Below, piece by piece: positions 1-9,715 of a DNA stretch of 20,000 nucleotides. The stretch is from Candidatus Hodarchaeota archaeon (GTDB lineage: Archaea > Asgardarchaeota > Heimdallarchaeia > Hodarchaeales > Hodarchaeaceae). The stretch spans positions 9,460-29,459 of the forward strand of contig JBHLKP010000014.1 in NCBI GenBank assembly GCA_048886525.1. The letters are read 5' to 3'. Every line of letters starts with the position of its first letter. Within the stretch, counting starts at the first letter, position 1. The notes under the pieces are model-generated. The model was not told the DNA's origin, did not search any database, and was given only the letters and a program-made list of their open reading frames with translations. A program made the position numbers and the translations under genes.

Positions 1-343
1 TCGAAGGACGATAACTCGCACCAGTACCTATTTTTTGAGGAATATTGCCGAATCTTTCCACATGTGGACGACCATCAGGGCCTCGGGTCATTCTAAATCC
101 CCATACAAAACTAGGAAATTTAGACCCATCTGCGCTATCTCCCATCAAATTACGAGTTCCAAATTGCCTAAAAATATCTTCAAGGAAAATATTCATTTGA
201 TCAAAAATATTATCGAAGTTAAATCCACTGAATTGATTCATAAAATTGCTGAAAAACTCATCAAAAGGATTATCACTTCTTCTTCGGCGTGGGTGGCGTT
301 CATCATCATCAGAATTGTCACTAGTTGGATCTGACATTTTCAT
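1..343 (-). CDS. Hsp20/alpha-crystallin family small heat-shock protein, truncated at the left window edge (N-terminal part only)
   Basis: Not in the ORF track because it has no stop in the window. Reverse translation from ATG at 343 (or 337) gives MKMSDPTSDNSDDDERHPRRRRSDNPFDEFFSNF...FPSFVWGFRMTRGPDGRPHVERFGNIPQK, the (Y/W)GF-x-(M/I)T-x-GPDG(K/R)P-x-x-x-x-FGN block typical of archaeal Hsp20. AAAGGTGA ribosome-binding site immediately upstream. Confidence 0.8.
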   Translation of the reverse strand, partial: MKMSDPTSDNSDDDERHPRRRRSDNPFDEFFSNFMNQFSGFNFDNIFDQMNIFLEDIFRQFGTRNLMGDSADGSKFPSFVWGFRMTRGPDGRPHVERFGNIPQKIGTGASYRPS

Positions 344-390
344 TTTCACCTTTTTTTGTTCAATTATACTAAATAAAGTCTCTACATTCA

Positions 391-406
391 TACTTATAAA
401 TTTATT
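391..406 (-). promoter_or_regulatory. Probable TATA element for the Hsp20 gene
   Basis: Minus-strand AAATTTATAAGTA about 50 nt upstream of the start codon. Confidence 0.4.
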
Positions 407-784
407 TATGGTGTGAATTTATTTCTAATTATAATAATTCTATGAAAAAAGCCTATATTTTTCTTTTTTCTCACGATAATGGGACTCAATAATTTATTCA
501 TTTGATGTGAATATACAGCCTCAATGTTAAAAGTCCTTATATTCTAAAATATTGGTTTAATTCAACCCCTAGCAAAATTAAATGGTACTATAAAAAAATT
601 ATCAAAATAAAACCTATAATAGCTGTTAAAACAGGAAAATAACTGGGAAAGGTAATAAAATTAAATAAATCTCAAGAAATCCCTCTTTGTAGGGCAGATT
701 TTTATATCCGGAATTCAAAGAGAGATCGAACATAGATTATGAATTGTGTTTCAACTATTTACTTTTAATCAAGGAAAGAGAGAT

Positions 785-1552
785 ATGACAACTCCAAAAT
801 CAGCAGAAGAAATTCGTAAATTAGAACTTAGTCTAGAAGAAATAGTGGATAAATTTAGCAGTAGGATTCAGTTAATACGAGAAGACCTAAGATCACTCAT
901 AAGTGATATTGAATATTTAAAGAATCATATAGCGGAACGACGTCGTCTTTCTAACGATTATACGCGTGAAATTTCTGATCTTACAAATGATCTTCAGACA
1001 TTTCGTTCTGAAATAAAACAGATCGAGAGTGAAATTTCAACATTCCAAAATCAAAATGACTCCCTCTATGCACAAATCTCTGATATTCAATCTAATATTT
1101 CAGCAGTCCGAAGTGATTTAGGTATTTTGGATAATGACAAATCATCTCTTATAACAACTCAAAGATCTCTAGATGTAGAAATAGCTGCATTACAGAGTAT
1201 TCATGATGAATTACAACCAAAATTTGAATCAAAAATGCAAGCTATCACTAAAGAATATGAAATACTGAAGACTGAGAGAGATTTACTCACACATCGGTTT
1301 AAGGCAATTCGATTGTTATGCTTGAGAGATTACATTCAAAGTCCTGAAATTGGTTTAATTAAATTTCTAGCAAAAAAACCTAGTCCTGATTCCACTACAA
1401 CGGAAATACGCTCAGCTTTAGGCATGGATCCAGTTACAATAAAACGAGTATTAAACCAATTGACAAAACGACAAGTCCTTGACTTCAATGAGGCTGCAGA
1501 GACTGTTAAACTATTAATTAAGATTGATCTTTTCGAGAAGGAGGTATTCTAA
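785..1552 (+). CDS. Coiled-coil protein with C-terminal winged-helix-like domain (ORF open from GTG 746; ATG 785 preferred)
   Basis: Long heptad-rich segment followed by LIKFLAKKPSPDSTTTEIRSALGMDPVTIKRVLNQLTKRQVLDF, which has an HTH-like pattern. AAGGAAAGAG lies upstream of ATG 785. Confidence 0.7.
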   Translation: MTTPKSAEEIRKLELSLEEIVDKFSSRIQLIREDLRSLISDIEYLKNHIAERRRLSNDYTREISDLTNDLQTFRSEIKQIESEISTFQNQNDSLYAQISDIQSNISAVRSDLGILDNDKSSLITTQRSLDVEIAALQSIHDELQPKFESKMQAITKEYEILKTERDLLTHRFKAIRLLCLRDYIQSPEIGLIKFLAKKPSPDSTTTEIRSALGMDPVTIKRVLNQLTKRQVLDFNEAAETVKLLIKIDLFEKEVF

Positions 1553-2283
1553 TGAATACTGATACATTACGAGAAAAATTCTTACGAAGTGAGGAAGCTC
1601 TAAATCGTCTCGGTGATGACATAAAGGATCTTGTTTTTTCACGAGTTCAGGAATTAGGTGAATCTAAAGACTATCTTGAAACTTTAATTAAAGAAAAAGA
1701 AGCTGTAGACTCACAAATCATGGAACAAGAAGCAAAAATTGCATCTTACCAAGAGGAAATAAATAATCAATCAAATTTGAAGGCAGAAATGGCAAATAAA
1801 CGTTTTTCCTCTTCAGAAGAATCGCAAGCTAGAAAAGTCAGACTAGAAGCTTTACAAAATGAGAATATTGAGGTAAATAGCTCCTTTAAATCAATTAAAT
1901 CGGAGATAGAAAATTTAAAAATCGAATTAGCTCAAAAAAGGGAGAAAAAAGCATCTCTTACTAAATTAAACCAAGAACTCGAAACAAATCTTAAAATAGA
2001 AATTGAATCTAAAGAAGCTGAAAAAATAGAATTGGAAAATGACATTAATAAATTAAAAGCAGAAAATTCAGTCATTTCTTTCTTACTAGAAGAATCTGCT
2101 GAAGAGATTTACGAAGTAGACATCTTAGCAGGAATAATGAAGTTAGGTAAGACTTCGAAGGAACAATTGAAAGACACTTTAGCAGGAAGAATCTCCCCAG
2201 TTATCCTTACCCGAACTCTAGGACGGCTTGTAGAAAAAAATATGATAAATTATGACGAATCAAATGATATAATTTCGATGTAG
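1552..2283 (+). CDS. Coiled-coil protein with C-terminal winged-helix-like domain, same architecture as the upstream gene
   Basis: Overlaps the previous stop (TAATG). Shine-Dalgarno AGGAGGT upstream. Coiled coil, then ILAGIMKLGKTSKEQLKDTLAGRISPVILTRTLGRLVEKNMINYD. Confidence 0.75.
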   Translation: MNTDTLREKFLRSEEALNRLGDDIKDLVFSRVQELGESKDYLETLIKEKEAVDSQIMEQEAKIASYQEEINNQSNLKAEMANKRFSSSEESQARKVRLEALQNENIEVNSSFKSIKSEIENLKIELAQKREKKASLTKLNQELETNLKIEIESKEAEKIELENDINKLKAENSVISFLLEESAEEIYEVDILAGIMKLGKTSKEQLKDTLAGRISPVILTRTLGRLVEKNMINYDESNDIISM

Positions 2284-2314
2284 ATTAATAAGATCTTGAG
2301 GTGGTTTATCTTAT

Positions 2315-3346
2315 TTGTCAAAAACTATTGAAAAAGATACTGAATGGGATTTTTTCCGAACTCTGAAATCGAAGAAACTACAATGCTTAGCATGTCCCAG
2401 ATTCTGCCAACTTTCGGATAATGAGATTGGTTGGTGTGGTGCACGTGAAAACCAGGATGGTAGAATCATACCTCGTACTTATGGGTTGATTTCATCTCTA
2501 GCAATCGATCCCATCGAAAAAAAGCCTTTATATCATTTCCTTCCTGGAACAGGTATTTTATCAATAGGGTCTCATGGATGCAATCTAGGCTGCATACATT
2601 GTCAAAATCATTCAATTTCCATGGATCGCTCTATTTCATCTTTAAGAAGGATGACACCAGAGGAGCTTGTAGAAGCTGCACGTTCTAAAGGACTTCTATC
2701 AATTGCATCAACTTATAATGAGCCACTAATTGCTTTTGAATACGTTAGAGATATTGCAAATCTTGCCCATCAAAATAATATTAAAATGGTCGTTGTTGAT
2801 AATGGATATATAACAGAAAAGCTAGCTAGAATGATTGGAAGCTTACTTGATGGCGCCAATATAGATATCAAGGGATTTTCAAAAGAATTCTACAGAGAAA
2901 TATGTGATGCAAGAGGTTGGAAATCAATCTTAAGAACATGTGAGATTTTTTACCAGAAGGGTGTCCATTTGGAAATAACTAATCTTATAATCCCCACGAA
3001 GAATGATTCCATGGATATGATAAAAGATTTGTGTATTTGGATTCATGATAACCTTGATGCCAATATACCTTTACATTTCTCTCGATTCCATCCAGATCAC
3101 AAATTACTACATTTACCTCCCACACCACTTAAAACATTGGAATCAGCTTATGATATTGCGAAAAATGTTGGATTAAACCATGTATATATAGGTAATATAC
3201 GATCTCAGAAAGGGAATGATACTTATTGTCAGAAATGCAATAGTCTATTAATACAACGAAACGGATATTACACTAAAACCAAAAATATTCAAAATGGAAA
3301 ATGTAAAACTTGTCAAACTCCTATATATGGAGTTTTTTCTGATTGA
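2315..3346 (+). CDS. amrS: AmmeMemoRadiSam-system-type radical SAM enzyme
   Basis: LQCLACPRFCQLSDNEIGWCGARENQDGRI N-terminal cysteine module, radical SAM motif GCNLGCIHCQNHSIS, and a C-terminal CxxC...CxxC segment. TTG start with GAGGTGG about 10 nt upstream. Confidence 0.85.
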   Translation: MSKTIEKDTEWDFFRTLKSKKLQCLACPRFCQLSDNEIGWCGARENQDGRIIPRTYGLISSLAIDPIEKKPLYHFLPGTGILSIGSHGCNLGCIHCQNHSISMDRSISSLRRMTPEELVEAARSKGLLSIASTYNEPLIAFEYVRDIANLAHQNNIKMVVVDNGYITEKLARMIGSLLDGANIDIKGFSKEFYREICDARGWKSILRTCEIFYQKGVHLEITNLIIPTKNDSMDMIKDLCIWIHDNLDANIPLHFSRFHPDHKLLHLPPTPLKTLESAYDIAKNVGLNHVYIGNIRSQKGNDTYCQKCNSLLIQRNGYYTKTKNIQNGKCKTCQTPIYGVFSD

Positions 3347-3353
3347 GTTTAAT

Positions 3354-3833
3354 TTATGAACGCTTTTTCGATATACGAAACGGAATTTCTACAATCTTAC
3401 CTTTAAATAAGCTAAATATTCTTAGTTCTGGAAATTCTTCTACTCCTGCGATCATCCATATATATGGATATGGCCAAAAGTTCATATAATAGCGATCTTT
3501 CTCCGAAGGATAAATAGATGCTTTTTCAGGATGAGTATGAAAAAATCCAAGTAATCTAGCCCCCTTTTTTTCATGGATTTCAATTTCTTTTAACAAAATC
3601 TCATAATCGAGAGAAAAACTATACATTGAGTTATCTAAATTATCCATTAGTATAAAATTTCTCATTTGGATAATAGTTCCATCTTGGGTTCCAAATCCAA
3701 GTCCAACACTTTCAATCATTGAGGATTCGGCTGTTGTTTTTAGTATTTGTTTATATATACTAGAGTGCAGTAAGAGCATTAGTTCAGGATTATTATTGGA
3801 TCTAGATGTTTGGAAACCCAATTTATTAGCCAC
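3354..3833 (-). CDS. JAMM/MPN (JAB1-like) metalloprotease family protein
   Basis: GFFHTHPEKASIYPSEKD resembles the JAMM motif H-x-H...S-x-x-D, preceded by a MPN-like beta-rich region. Confidence 0.75.
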   Translation of the reverse strand: MANKLGFQTSRSNNNPELMLLLHSSIYKQILKTTAESSMIESVGLGFGTQDGTIIQMRNFILMDNLDNSMYSFSLDYEILLKEIEIHEKKGARLLGFFHTHPEKASIYPSEKDRYYMNFWPYPYIWMIAGVEEFPELRIFSLFKGKIVEIPFRISKKRS

Positions 3834-3864
3834 AATTTACCTTTAATTAAGTTTAAACATCAAT

Positions 3865-5334
3865 TTAAGGATATTGAGGTATTATATCATTCGATGTTAG
3901 TATTTCTGTATCATATCCGATTTTACTAATTAAACGAGCAAAATTCTCTTGAGCTTCTGGTTCTCCGTGAAGACTGTAGATTTTGGATGGTGATGAATAT
4001 CTTACTAATTGAATAAGTCCATCTAGAGATGAATGACCCGAGAATGGAAATTTTTTTACCTCTAAAGAAAGTGATATATCGTAGATCTGTCCAAATCCGT
4101 TATCTAAAGATAAATTAGTTTCACCAGTAATTATATCGTGCCCAGTTGTTCCTTCGACTTGATAACCGACTATATATAATCCATTTAGTGGATCATTTCC
4201 ACTATATCTAAGATAATCATAAACAGGTCCACCCTCAAGCATTCCAGAAGTAGTTATTATTATACTTGCTTTGTCTTGGGAACCTAGTTTCTCCCGTTTT
4301 TTTACTCGTTTCCCTGAAACTGGAACATCATCAATAGTTCTTATCCATTCATGTTCAAAAGGAGATCCTAAGCCCTTATCTTCTAATTCAATAAGCATCC
4401 GTGTAGAAATCCATTTTTCATTCATATAATTCCTATAAACCGCATTCATATCGAGGATCATTCCATCGGTATAGAGAGGATACTTTCTTAAGAAAGAGTC
4501 AAAATCAGAAACCAAGTATGCTTGAACCTCTTGCGCCCTTCCTAGGGCAAAAGATGGAATAATTGCTTTTCCTCCTCTTGAATAGCATTTTAACAGTGTT
4601 TTTGTTAAATCGGATTTAATCGTTTTTCGATTGTCCAATTTCTTATTAGCATTTGTTGTTTCAGTCAATAGCACATCAATAGGCTCATCTGGGTCAGGAT
4701 AAATCATGGGATCGTGATATGGAGTCTTAGCATCATTAAAGTCTCCAGTATAAAAGATTCGTGTTCCATCCCAATCAAGGAGAATCGCAGCACTTCCAAG
4801 AATGTGACTAGCATTGTTGAATTCAGCAGTGATGCCATTAGTGACTTTAAATTTCTGATAATAATTATGTAAACGAACCTTATCAAGAGCGGTGTGAAGA
4901 TGGGATATACCGTAATGGTGAGGCCCTTCGATTTTTAAATGATCTTTCCATAGAATCCTTACTATATCTTTCGTTGGAGTGGTCATATGAACTAGTCCGT
5001 CATATCCAGCCCTGTAGAGAGCTGGTATATATGCGGAATGATCTATATGAGCATGTGAAAGCAAAACAGAATCTACTTCGGCTATATATTTATCTATTCC
5101 TTCAGGGGGAGTAGAAAGTAGTCCTGTTTTCCTCGGATGTAGCTGTATACCTGCATCAAGTACGATTCGTCTATCTTTATCAGAAATCATAATACACGAT
5201 TTACCCACCGAGTCAGAGGCACCGAAAACTGAAATTTCTAACATTTTTTGAAACACTTGTCCATAGTTCGGAAGAATCAGCTTAATTGAGGTTAGAAGAG
5301 AAAGGAGATTTGTAGTTTTTCGTTCAGAATTCAA
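3865..5334 (-). CDS. Beta-CASP metallo-beta-lactamase RNase (archaeal CPSF/RNase J superfamily, no KH domains); internal ATG at 5244 (MLEISVFGASDSVGKSC) is the more likely start
   Basis: SHAHIDHSAYIPALY, HILGSAAI, YTGDFND, IIPSFALGRAQEV, IITTSGMLEGGP, FPFSGHSSLDGL and YSLHGE motifs. Confidence 0.85.
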   Translation of the reverse strand: MNSERKTTNLLSLLTSIKLILPNYGQVFQKMLEISVFGASDSVGKSCIMISDKDRRIVLDAGIQLHPRKTGLLSTPPEGIDKYIAEVDSVLLSHAHIDHSAYIPALYRAGYDGLVHMTTPTKDIVRILWKDHLKIEGPHHYGISHLHTALDKVRLHNYYQKFKVTNGITAEFNNASHILGSAAILLDWDGTRIFYTGDFNDAKTPYHDPMIYPDPDEPIDVLLTETTNANKKLDNRKTIKSDLTKTLLKCYSRGGKAIIPSFALGRAQEVQAYLVSDFDSFLRKYPLYTDGMILDMNAVYRNYMNEKWISTRMLIELEDKGLGSPFEHEWIRTIDDVPVSGKRVKKREKLGSQDKASIIITTSGMLEGGPVYDYLRYSGNDPLNGLYIVGYQVEGTTGHDIITGETNLSLDNGFGQIYDISLSLEVKKFPFSGHSSLDGLIQLVRYSSPSKIYSLHGEPEAQENFARLISKIGYDTEILTSNDIIPQYP

Positions 5335-5448
5335 AATATGAATTATTCATCTTAGAAATAGTAAGTAATTAAAATAAAAAATTATTATTTGTTCTTTCAT
5401 CGAAAAGCTAAAAAAGATATTTGAACAAAGAGATTGAATTGAATAAAG

Positions 5449-6159
5449 ATGGTAACAGATCCACAACAAATTACAATTTCTGGAATAGGGATTGGTATTT
5501 TTTTATTATTTATAGGTTCTCTTCTTAACATTCCTTTGATATATGACATTGGCTTCATTATTTTCTTAGGAGCGATTCTTATTACATTTATCCAATGGTT
5601 GACAACAGGTGGGGTTGTTGAAATGCTGAATTGGCTTCCCTTAATTTTGATCTTTGCTATTATAATGACTTTAGGCAGCGATTTAGTCTCACAGTCAGAA
5701 GAAACTAATTTTCTTACTTTGCCTTTGATAATCATTGTTTTAATTATTGTTCTTGGATTCTTTGGCTCCCAAGGAGGGGATCTCAGTTTTATAGTCCCAT
5801 TTTTACCTGTTCTTATCGGTATCGGTCTAATAGGGGTAGTTACTGGAGAAATACTATGGCACGATTCTCTTAGAGGATTAACATACGGCATAGGGGTATT
5901 AGGAATTTTAGTAATGCTTATTTGGATAAAAGTGCGAAAATCACAGCGATTAATCCCGATAGTAGGAGAACGAACCTCAATCATAGGACGCCGTGGAAAA
6001 GTTACAGCTGAGATCAGTCCAAAGCAAGAAGGAAGGGTTAAAATCGGAGGAGCTATTTGGAAAGCTCAATCTGATGTATTAATTGAGGAGAATGAAACAG
6101 TAGAAGTGATTGGAATATCAGAGAACCAATTAATTTTACAAGTCACTCGAATGAAATAG
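5449..6159 (+). CDS. NfeD-like membrane protein
   Basis: Several hydrophobic helices followed by an OB-like C-terminal domain (IIGRRGKVTAEISPKQEGRVKIGGAIWKAQSDVLIEENETVEVIGISENQLILQV). Confidence 0.8.
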   Translation: MVTDPQQITISGIGIGIFLLFIGSLLNIPLIYDIGFIIFLGAILITFIQWLTTGGVVEMLNWLPLILIFAIIMTLGSDLVSQSEETNFLTLPLIIIVLIIVLGFFGSQGGDLSFIVPFLPVLIGIGLIGVVTGEILWHDSLRGLTYGIGVLGILVMLIWIKVRKSQRLIPIVGERTSIIGRRGKVTAEISPKQEGRVKIGGAIWKAQSDVLIEENETVEVIGISENQLILQVTRMK

Positions 6160-6306
6160 AATTTTTGTCATAGACTCGTAAGAAAGTCAAATAACTCGAT
6201 TTTTTCTTTAATTTTCTTTGAAATTCAGTCCAAAAATTCTTATTAGAGTTTGACAAGATTTCTGGGATTAGCGGATATGCCCGCATTTTCTCCATAAAGT
6301 TACGAT

Positions 6307-6380
6307 GGGCCGGTGATCTAGCTCGGTATGATGCCAGTCTCACACACTGGATGTCGATGGTTCAAATCCGTCCCGGCCCA
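6307..6380 (+). tRNA. tRNA-Val (anticodon CAC), intronless, CCA not encoded
   Basis: Acceptor GGGCCGG/CCGGCCC (7 bp). D arm ATCTAGCTCGGTATGAT. Anticodon stem CCAGT/ACTGG with loop CTCACAC (anticodon CAC at 6341-6343). T arm GATGG-TTCAAAT-CCGTC. A73, then a T-run. Confidence 0.95.
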
Positions 6381-6434
6381 TTTTTATAACATTGAAAATC
6401 ATGTTAGATTACGATCTTGAAAGGGTGATAAATA

Positions 6435-7385
6435 GTGAAAGCCCGTTTCGGCATTCAAATAGAACCTCAATTAGGGTTTGACTATAAAACTGTAGAGAAA
6501 ATTGCATTGAACGCTGAAAAGGTAGGTTATGCATCAATCTGGTCTAGTGATCATTTTTTTCTTGATAACAAATCAGAAGAAAAAAACTGTATGGAAGCAT
6601 GGACTTTACTCGCTGCTCTGGCTTCAAAAACAAATACTTTACGGCTTGGTACATTAGTTACATGTAATAATTATCGTTACCCCGCTATTCTAGCGAAAAT
6701 AGCTGCAACTGTAGATATGATTTCAAATGGGCGATTAGAATTTGGTATTGGGGCGGGTTGGAAAAAAATTGAATACAACGCTTATGGTATCACTTTTCCC
6801 TCTGTAAAAGATAGAATGGATCAATTAGAGGAAGCAATCCAGATAATCAAAAGATTATGGACTGAACCTGAAGTTTCATTTAAAGGTAGACACTATCAAA
6901 TCAAAAGTGCTTTTTCAGCTCCTAAACCAATCCAGCGTTTACCGCCGATTTTTATCGGTGGGACTGGTAAAAAAAGGATTCTTAAAATGGTTGCTAAGTA
7001 TGGTGATTATTGTAACTTCGGCTTTTTTACTGATCCGAATGAAATTCCTGACCTGTTGCACACGTTAAAAGATCATTGCATTAAAGAATCTAGGGATTAC
7101 GAAACTATTGGAAAATCGTTTTTTGCATCAGTAATGATAGCAGAAACCGAGGAAGAGTTAGATAAATTAATGAATGAACGAGCAAAACTTCATAATATGA
7201 GTATAAAGGAATATAAGAAAAATATGGGTAAGGGGGTTTTTTATGGTATTCCTGAACATATCCAAGAAAAGTTTGAAAAATTAGTCAAACTTGGGTTTGA
7301 TTATTTTCAGGTTATGTTTCCCTATCCATTGGATTATGAGCAAAGTCATAAATTTGCTGAACTTATTTTACCAAAATTTAAATAG
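6435..7385 (+). CDS. LLM-class (luciferase-like, probably F420-dependent) oxidoreductase
   Basis: FGIQIEPQ...IWSSDHFF, TLVTCNNYRYPAILAKIAATVDMISNGRLEFGIGAGWKKIEYNAYGI and PPIFIGGTGKKR motifs. GTG start. Confidence 0.85.
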   Translation: MKARFGIQIEPQLGFDYKTVEKIALNAEKVGYASIWSSDHFFLDNKSEEKNCMEAWTLLAALASKTNTLRLGTLVTCNNYRYPAILAKIAATVDMISNGRLEFGIGAGWKKIEYNAYGITFPSVKDRMDQLEEAIQIIKRLWTEPEVSFKGRHYQIKSAFSAPKPIQRLPPIFIGGTGKKRILKMVAKYGDYCNFGFFTDPNEIPDLLHTLKDHCIKESRDYETIGKSFFASVMIAETEEELDKLMNERAKLHNMSIKEYKKNMGKGVFYGIPEHIQEKFEKLVKLGFDYFQVMFPYPLDYEQSHKFAELILPKFK

Positions 7386-7436
7386 TTAAAATAGAGAATA
7401 CTAACACTAAAAGAATTTATAATCTTTAATCTCCTA

Positions 7437-9635
7437 TTAACTATCTTCAAAGGCGTCGAGGATGTAAGTATAGATTTCTTTCTCGGTTCCGTGTGAAATT
7501 TGTTGTAATCTTCTTACTATTAATTCTGGAGTAGACTTTGCATATTTGTAGTATATTGGTGTTCGATTCACAATTAATTCCAAGTTCTCTGAAAGCCCTT
7601 GTGCTTCTATTCCATCTATTCGAATTTTTTCTTTAGCATATTTAGCAATTAATTGTGCCAGATGAGTCACAAACAAACCTACAGATTGCGGTGATTTCCC
7701 TAGCAGATCTAAAAAGGCTGCTATTACTCGAGCAGACGCCCCTGGTTCAGAAATACTTTCCATTTCATCCGCCAAGACTAATCGTGAGTTGGGACTGAGT
7801 ATCATCTGCGATAAAACACGTAATGTGCTTTCAAAGGCACCAGCATCCATATGCCCAGAAGATTTTCGATAATAATGAAGTTCCTCAAAACCACTAAGAA
7901 CAGCACGTTTACATGGTATTGGTAAACCCATTTGTCCTAGAATCACCATTATTGCCATGGATACTATTAATGTAGTTTTCCCTCCGCTATTAGCCCCTGA
8001 TAGAAGAATTATCCGTTCTCCATTAACTATTCCATTGATTTTACCAATTTCTCCAATTGCATATGTTACTGGATCTACCTGGATATTGCTTCTATGTTGT
8101 TCCCTCAGAAGAAATAAGTTTCGGGATTCTTCAACGATTAATCCCGTACCCTGATCTACAACAAGTTGGGGAATAATTAAATGATATTTCCCAGTGAATT
8201 TACCTATCATAAATAAATAATCTAACTCTAACATGCAATTAAGAGCGTTTTTAGCTAAGGATTCGAATTGGTTTAGAGATTTTGCTAACCCTACTTTTAA
8301 CTCAAAGGATTTCATCGCTCTTCGCTGACGCAAATATACTTTTACTCTTTCAGACACCTCCTCGACTGGATCTACTGGATAGCGAAGTTCCCTTGGAAAA
8401 ATACCAGAAATATAATCGGTTTCATCACTCTGTAGATTTAATTCATTAATTAAACGATCCTCGGCCTTAGTAATAATCTCTTCTACAACTAAATACAGTT
8501 CTTCGTCTAAATATTCACGTAATTCGGTTTTACCTCCATCTTTTGGATAAGGATGATCTTCTGTAGCCAAATCCTTTAACAATGCGAGGATTTTCTCACC
8601 TCCCAATTCAACAGTTGTTTCTTGAAATTTATTTTCTAATTCCTCATTCAAAGTCAATAGAATTTCAGCCAATTTTGTCTCAAAAATGCTCTCAGCTCTG
8701 AAAAGTCGTGAATATTCTTCATTTAAATTTTGATTTGGTTCTCCTGATTCATTTAGATTAATAAGTTCATTTCCCATTTTTACAAGCATATCTAGACTTA
8801 AATCACCTATAAAAGCTTCTAATTCCGAAGATGGAAGAGTTTGAAGCAGCTTGGCCAATCCTGATATTGACTCCAGAATTTTCTTATTTTGGGCAAAGAA
8901 ACTCAGAGTTTTCTCAGGTATTATTTGAAGTAGATTCTTACGTTGATTTTCTGGTAATACTACAACATTGGGAAATCCTTCATCAAGCATAATATCTGAG
9001 CCAATCCAAATAACCTCATCGTATCCACTAAAGATCTCCGATATTTGTTCCAAATTCTCAATATAAAGGATTTCAGAGTATCTATTAACTTCAGTTGAGC
9101 TAAGTTCTCCATATATTTCCTTATCAGCAGTTGCAATGACCCTAGACGCAGTATCAAGTTGAGTAATCTGATTTTTTAATGGTGAAAGGTTTCTAAATAG
9201 ATTATTGTAATCATTAAAAGAATGTGGAGATTTTTTGATTAACGAACTTAATCGATAACCGAGTCTTGAGGTTTGTTGACGATCTCTTATTTTTTCTATA
9301 GCGGAGAACGGTAATGGAAAGAATAAATACAATTTTGATCTGGAATACATTGTATTAGCAAATTTAGATATAATATCAATGGTTCGATTGTAGATCAGAA
9401 TAGCATCCTCAGTTTTCAAAAAATTTTGAATTTTTTCCCCAGTTTCTTGAAAATGTAAATTTCGACACAAATTCAGCGCAAATCGTTCACCTATCCCTTC
9501 CACTGAAGAAATTTCGGCAATCCGGGACTCTCTTAGGGCTGTTAACACCGCGTTTTCGCTCCCAAATGCTGATTTCAGTTTTTCTTCAACTGAAGGGCCT
9601 ATTCCACGTATTTCACGAAGATTGTTGACGATCAA
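7437..9635 (-). CDS. MutS-family ATPase with N-terminal helix-hairpin-helix region
   Basis: LREIRGIGPSVEEKL and ISSVEGIGERFALNL (HhH). C-terminal MutS ATPase with Walker A GANSGGKTTL, LVLADEMESISEPG and FVTHL. No Smr domain. Confidence 0.85.
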   Translation of the reverse strand: MIVNNLREIRGIGPSVEEKLKSAFGSENAVLTALRESRIAEISSVEGIGERFALNLCRNLHFQETGEKIQNFLKTEDAILIYNRTIDIISKFANTMYSRSKLYLFFPLPFSAIEKIRDRQQTSRLGYRLSSLIKKSPHSFNDYNNLFRNLSPLKNQITQLDTASRVIATADKEIYGELSSTEVNRYSEILYIENLEQISEIFSGYDEVIWIGSDIMLDEGFPNVVVLPENQRKNLLQIIPEKTLSFFAQNKKILESISGLAKLLQTLPSSELEAFIGDLSLDMLVKMGNELINLNESGEPNQNLNEEYSRLFRAESIFETKLAEILLTLNEELENKFQETTVELGGEKILALLKDLATEDHPYPKDGGKTELREYLDEELYLVVEEIITKAEDRLINELNLQSDETDYISGIFPRELRYPVDPVEEVSERVKVYLRQRRAMKSFELKVGLAKSLNQFESLAKNALNCMLELDYLFMIGKFTGKYHLIIPQLVVDQGTGLIVEESRNLFLLREQHRSNIQVDPVTYAIGEIGKINGIVNGERIILLSGANSGGKTTLIVSMAIMVILGQMGLPIPCKRAVLSGFEELHYYRKSSGHMDAGAFESTLRVLSQMILSPNSRLVLADEMESISEPGASARVIAAFLDLLGKSPQSVGLFVTHLAQLIAKYAKEKIRIDGIEAQGLSENLELIVNRTPIYYKYAKSTPELIVRRLQQISHGTEKEIYTYILDAFEDS

Positions 9636-9715
9636 AGTAATTTCCGTTCACTCTATATTATTGAAAAGGAAAATTAAATTTGACTTTTTGCTTTTTTTCT
9701 GATAAAAGTTTTTTA

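Noticed and set aside
35-334. Forward ORF of 99 aa
   Set aside because: It is the opposite-strand shadow of the Hsp20-like coding sequence, whose conserved residues are on the minus strand.
4704-4886. Small ORF inside the beta-CASP gene
   Set aside because: It is antisense to a confident coding sequence. The small ORFs at 7957-8154, 8960-9157, 16584-16769, 19556-19816 and 19618-19812 are rejected for the same reason.
5397-5984. Minus-strand ORF of 195 aa
   Set aside because: It lies antisense to the NfeD-like gene. Its composition (repeated PI, KIP) reflects the complement of hydrophobic helices.
6143-6343. Minus-strand ORF of 66 aa
   Set aside because: It overlaps the perfectly folding tRNA-Val and has no family resemblance.
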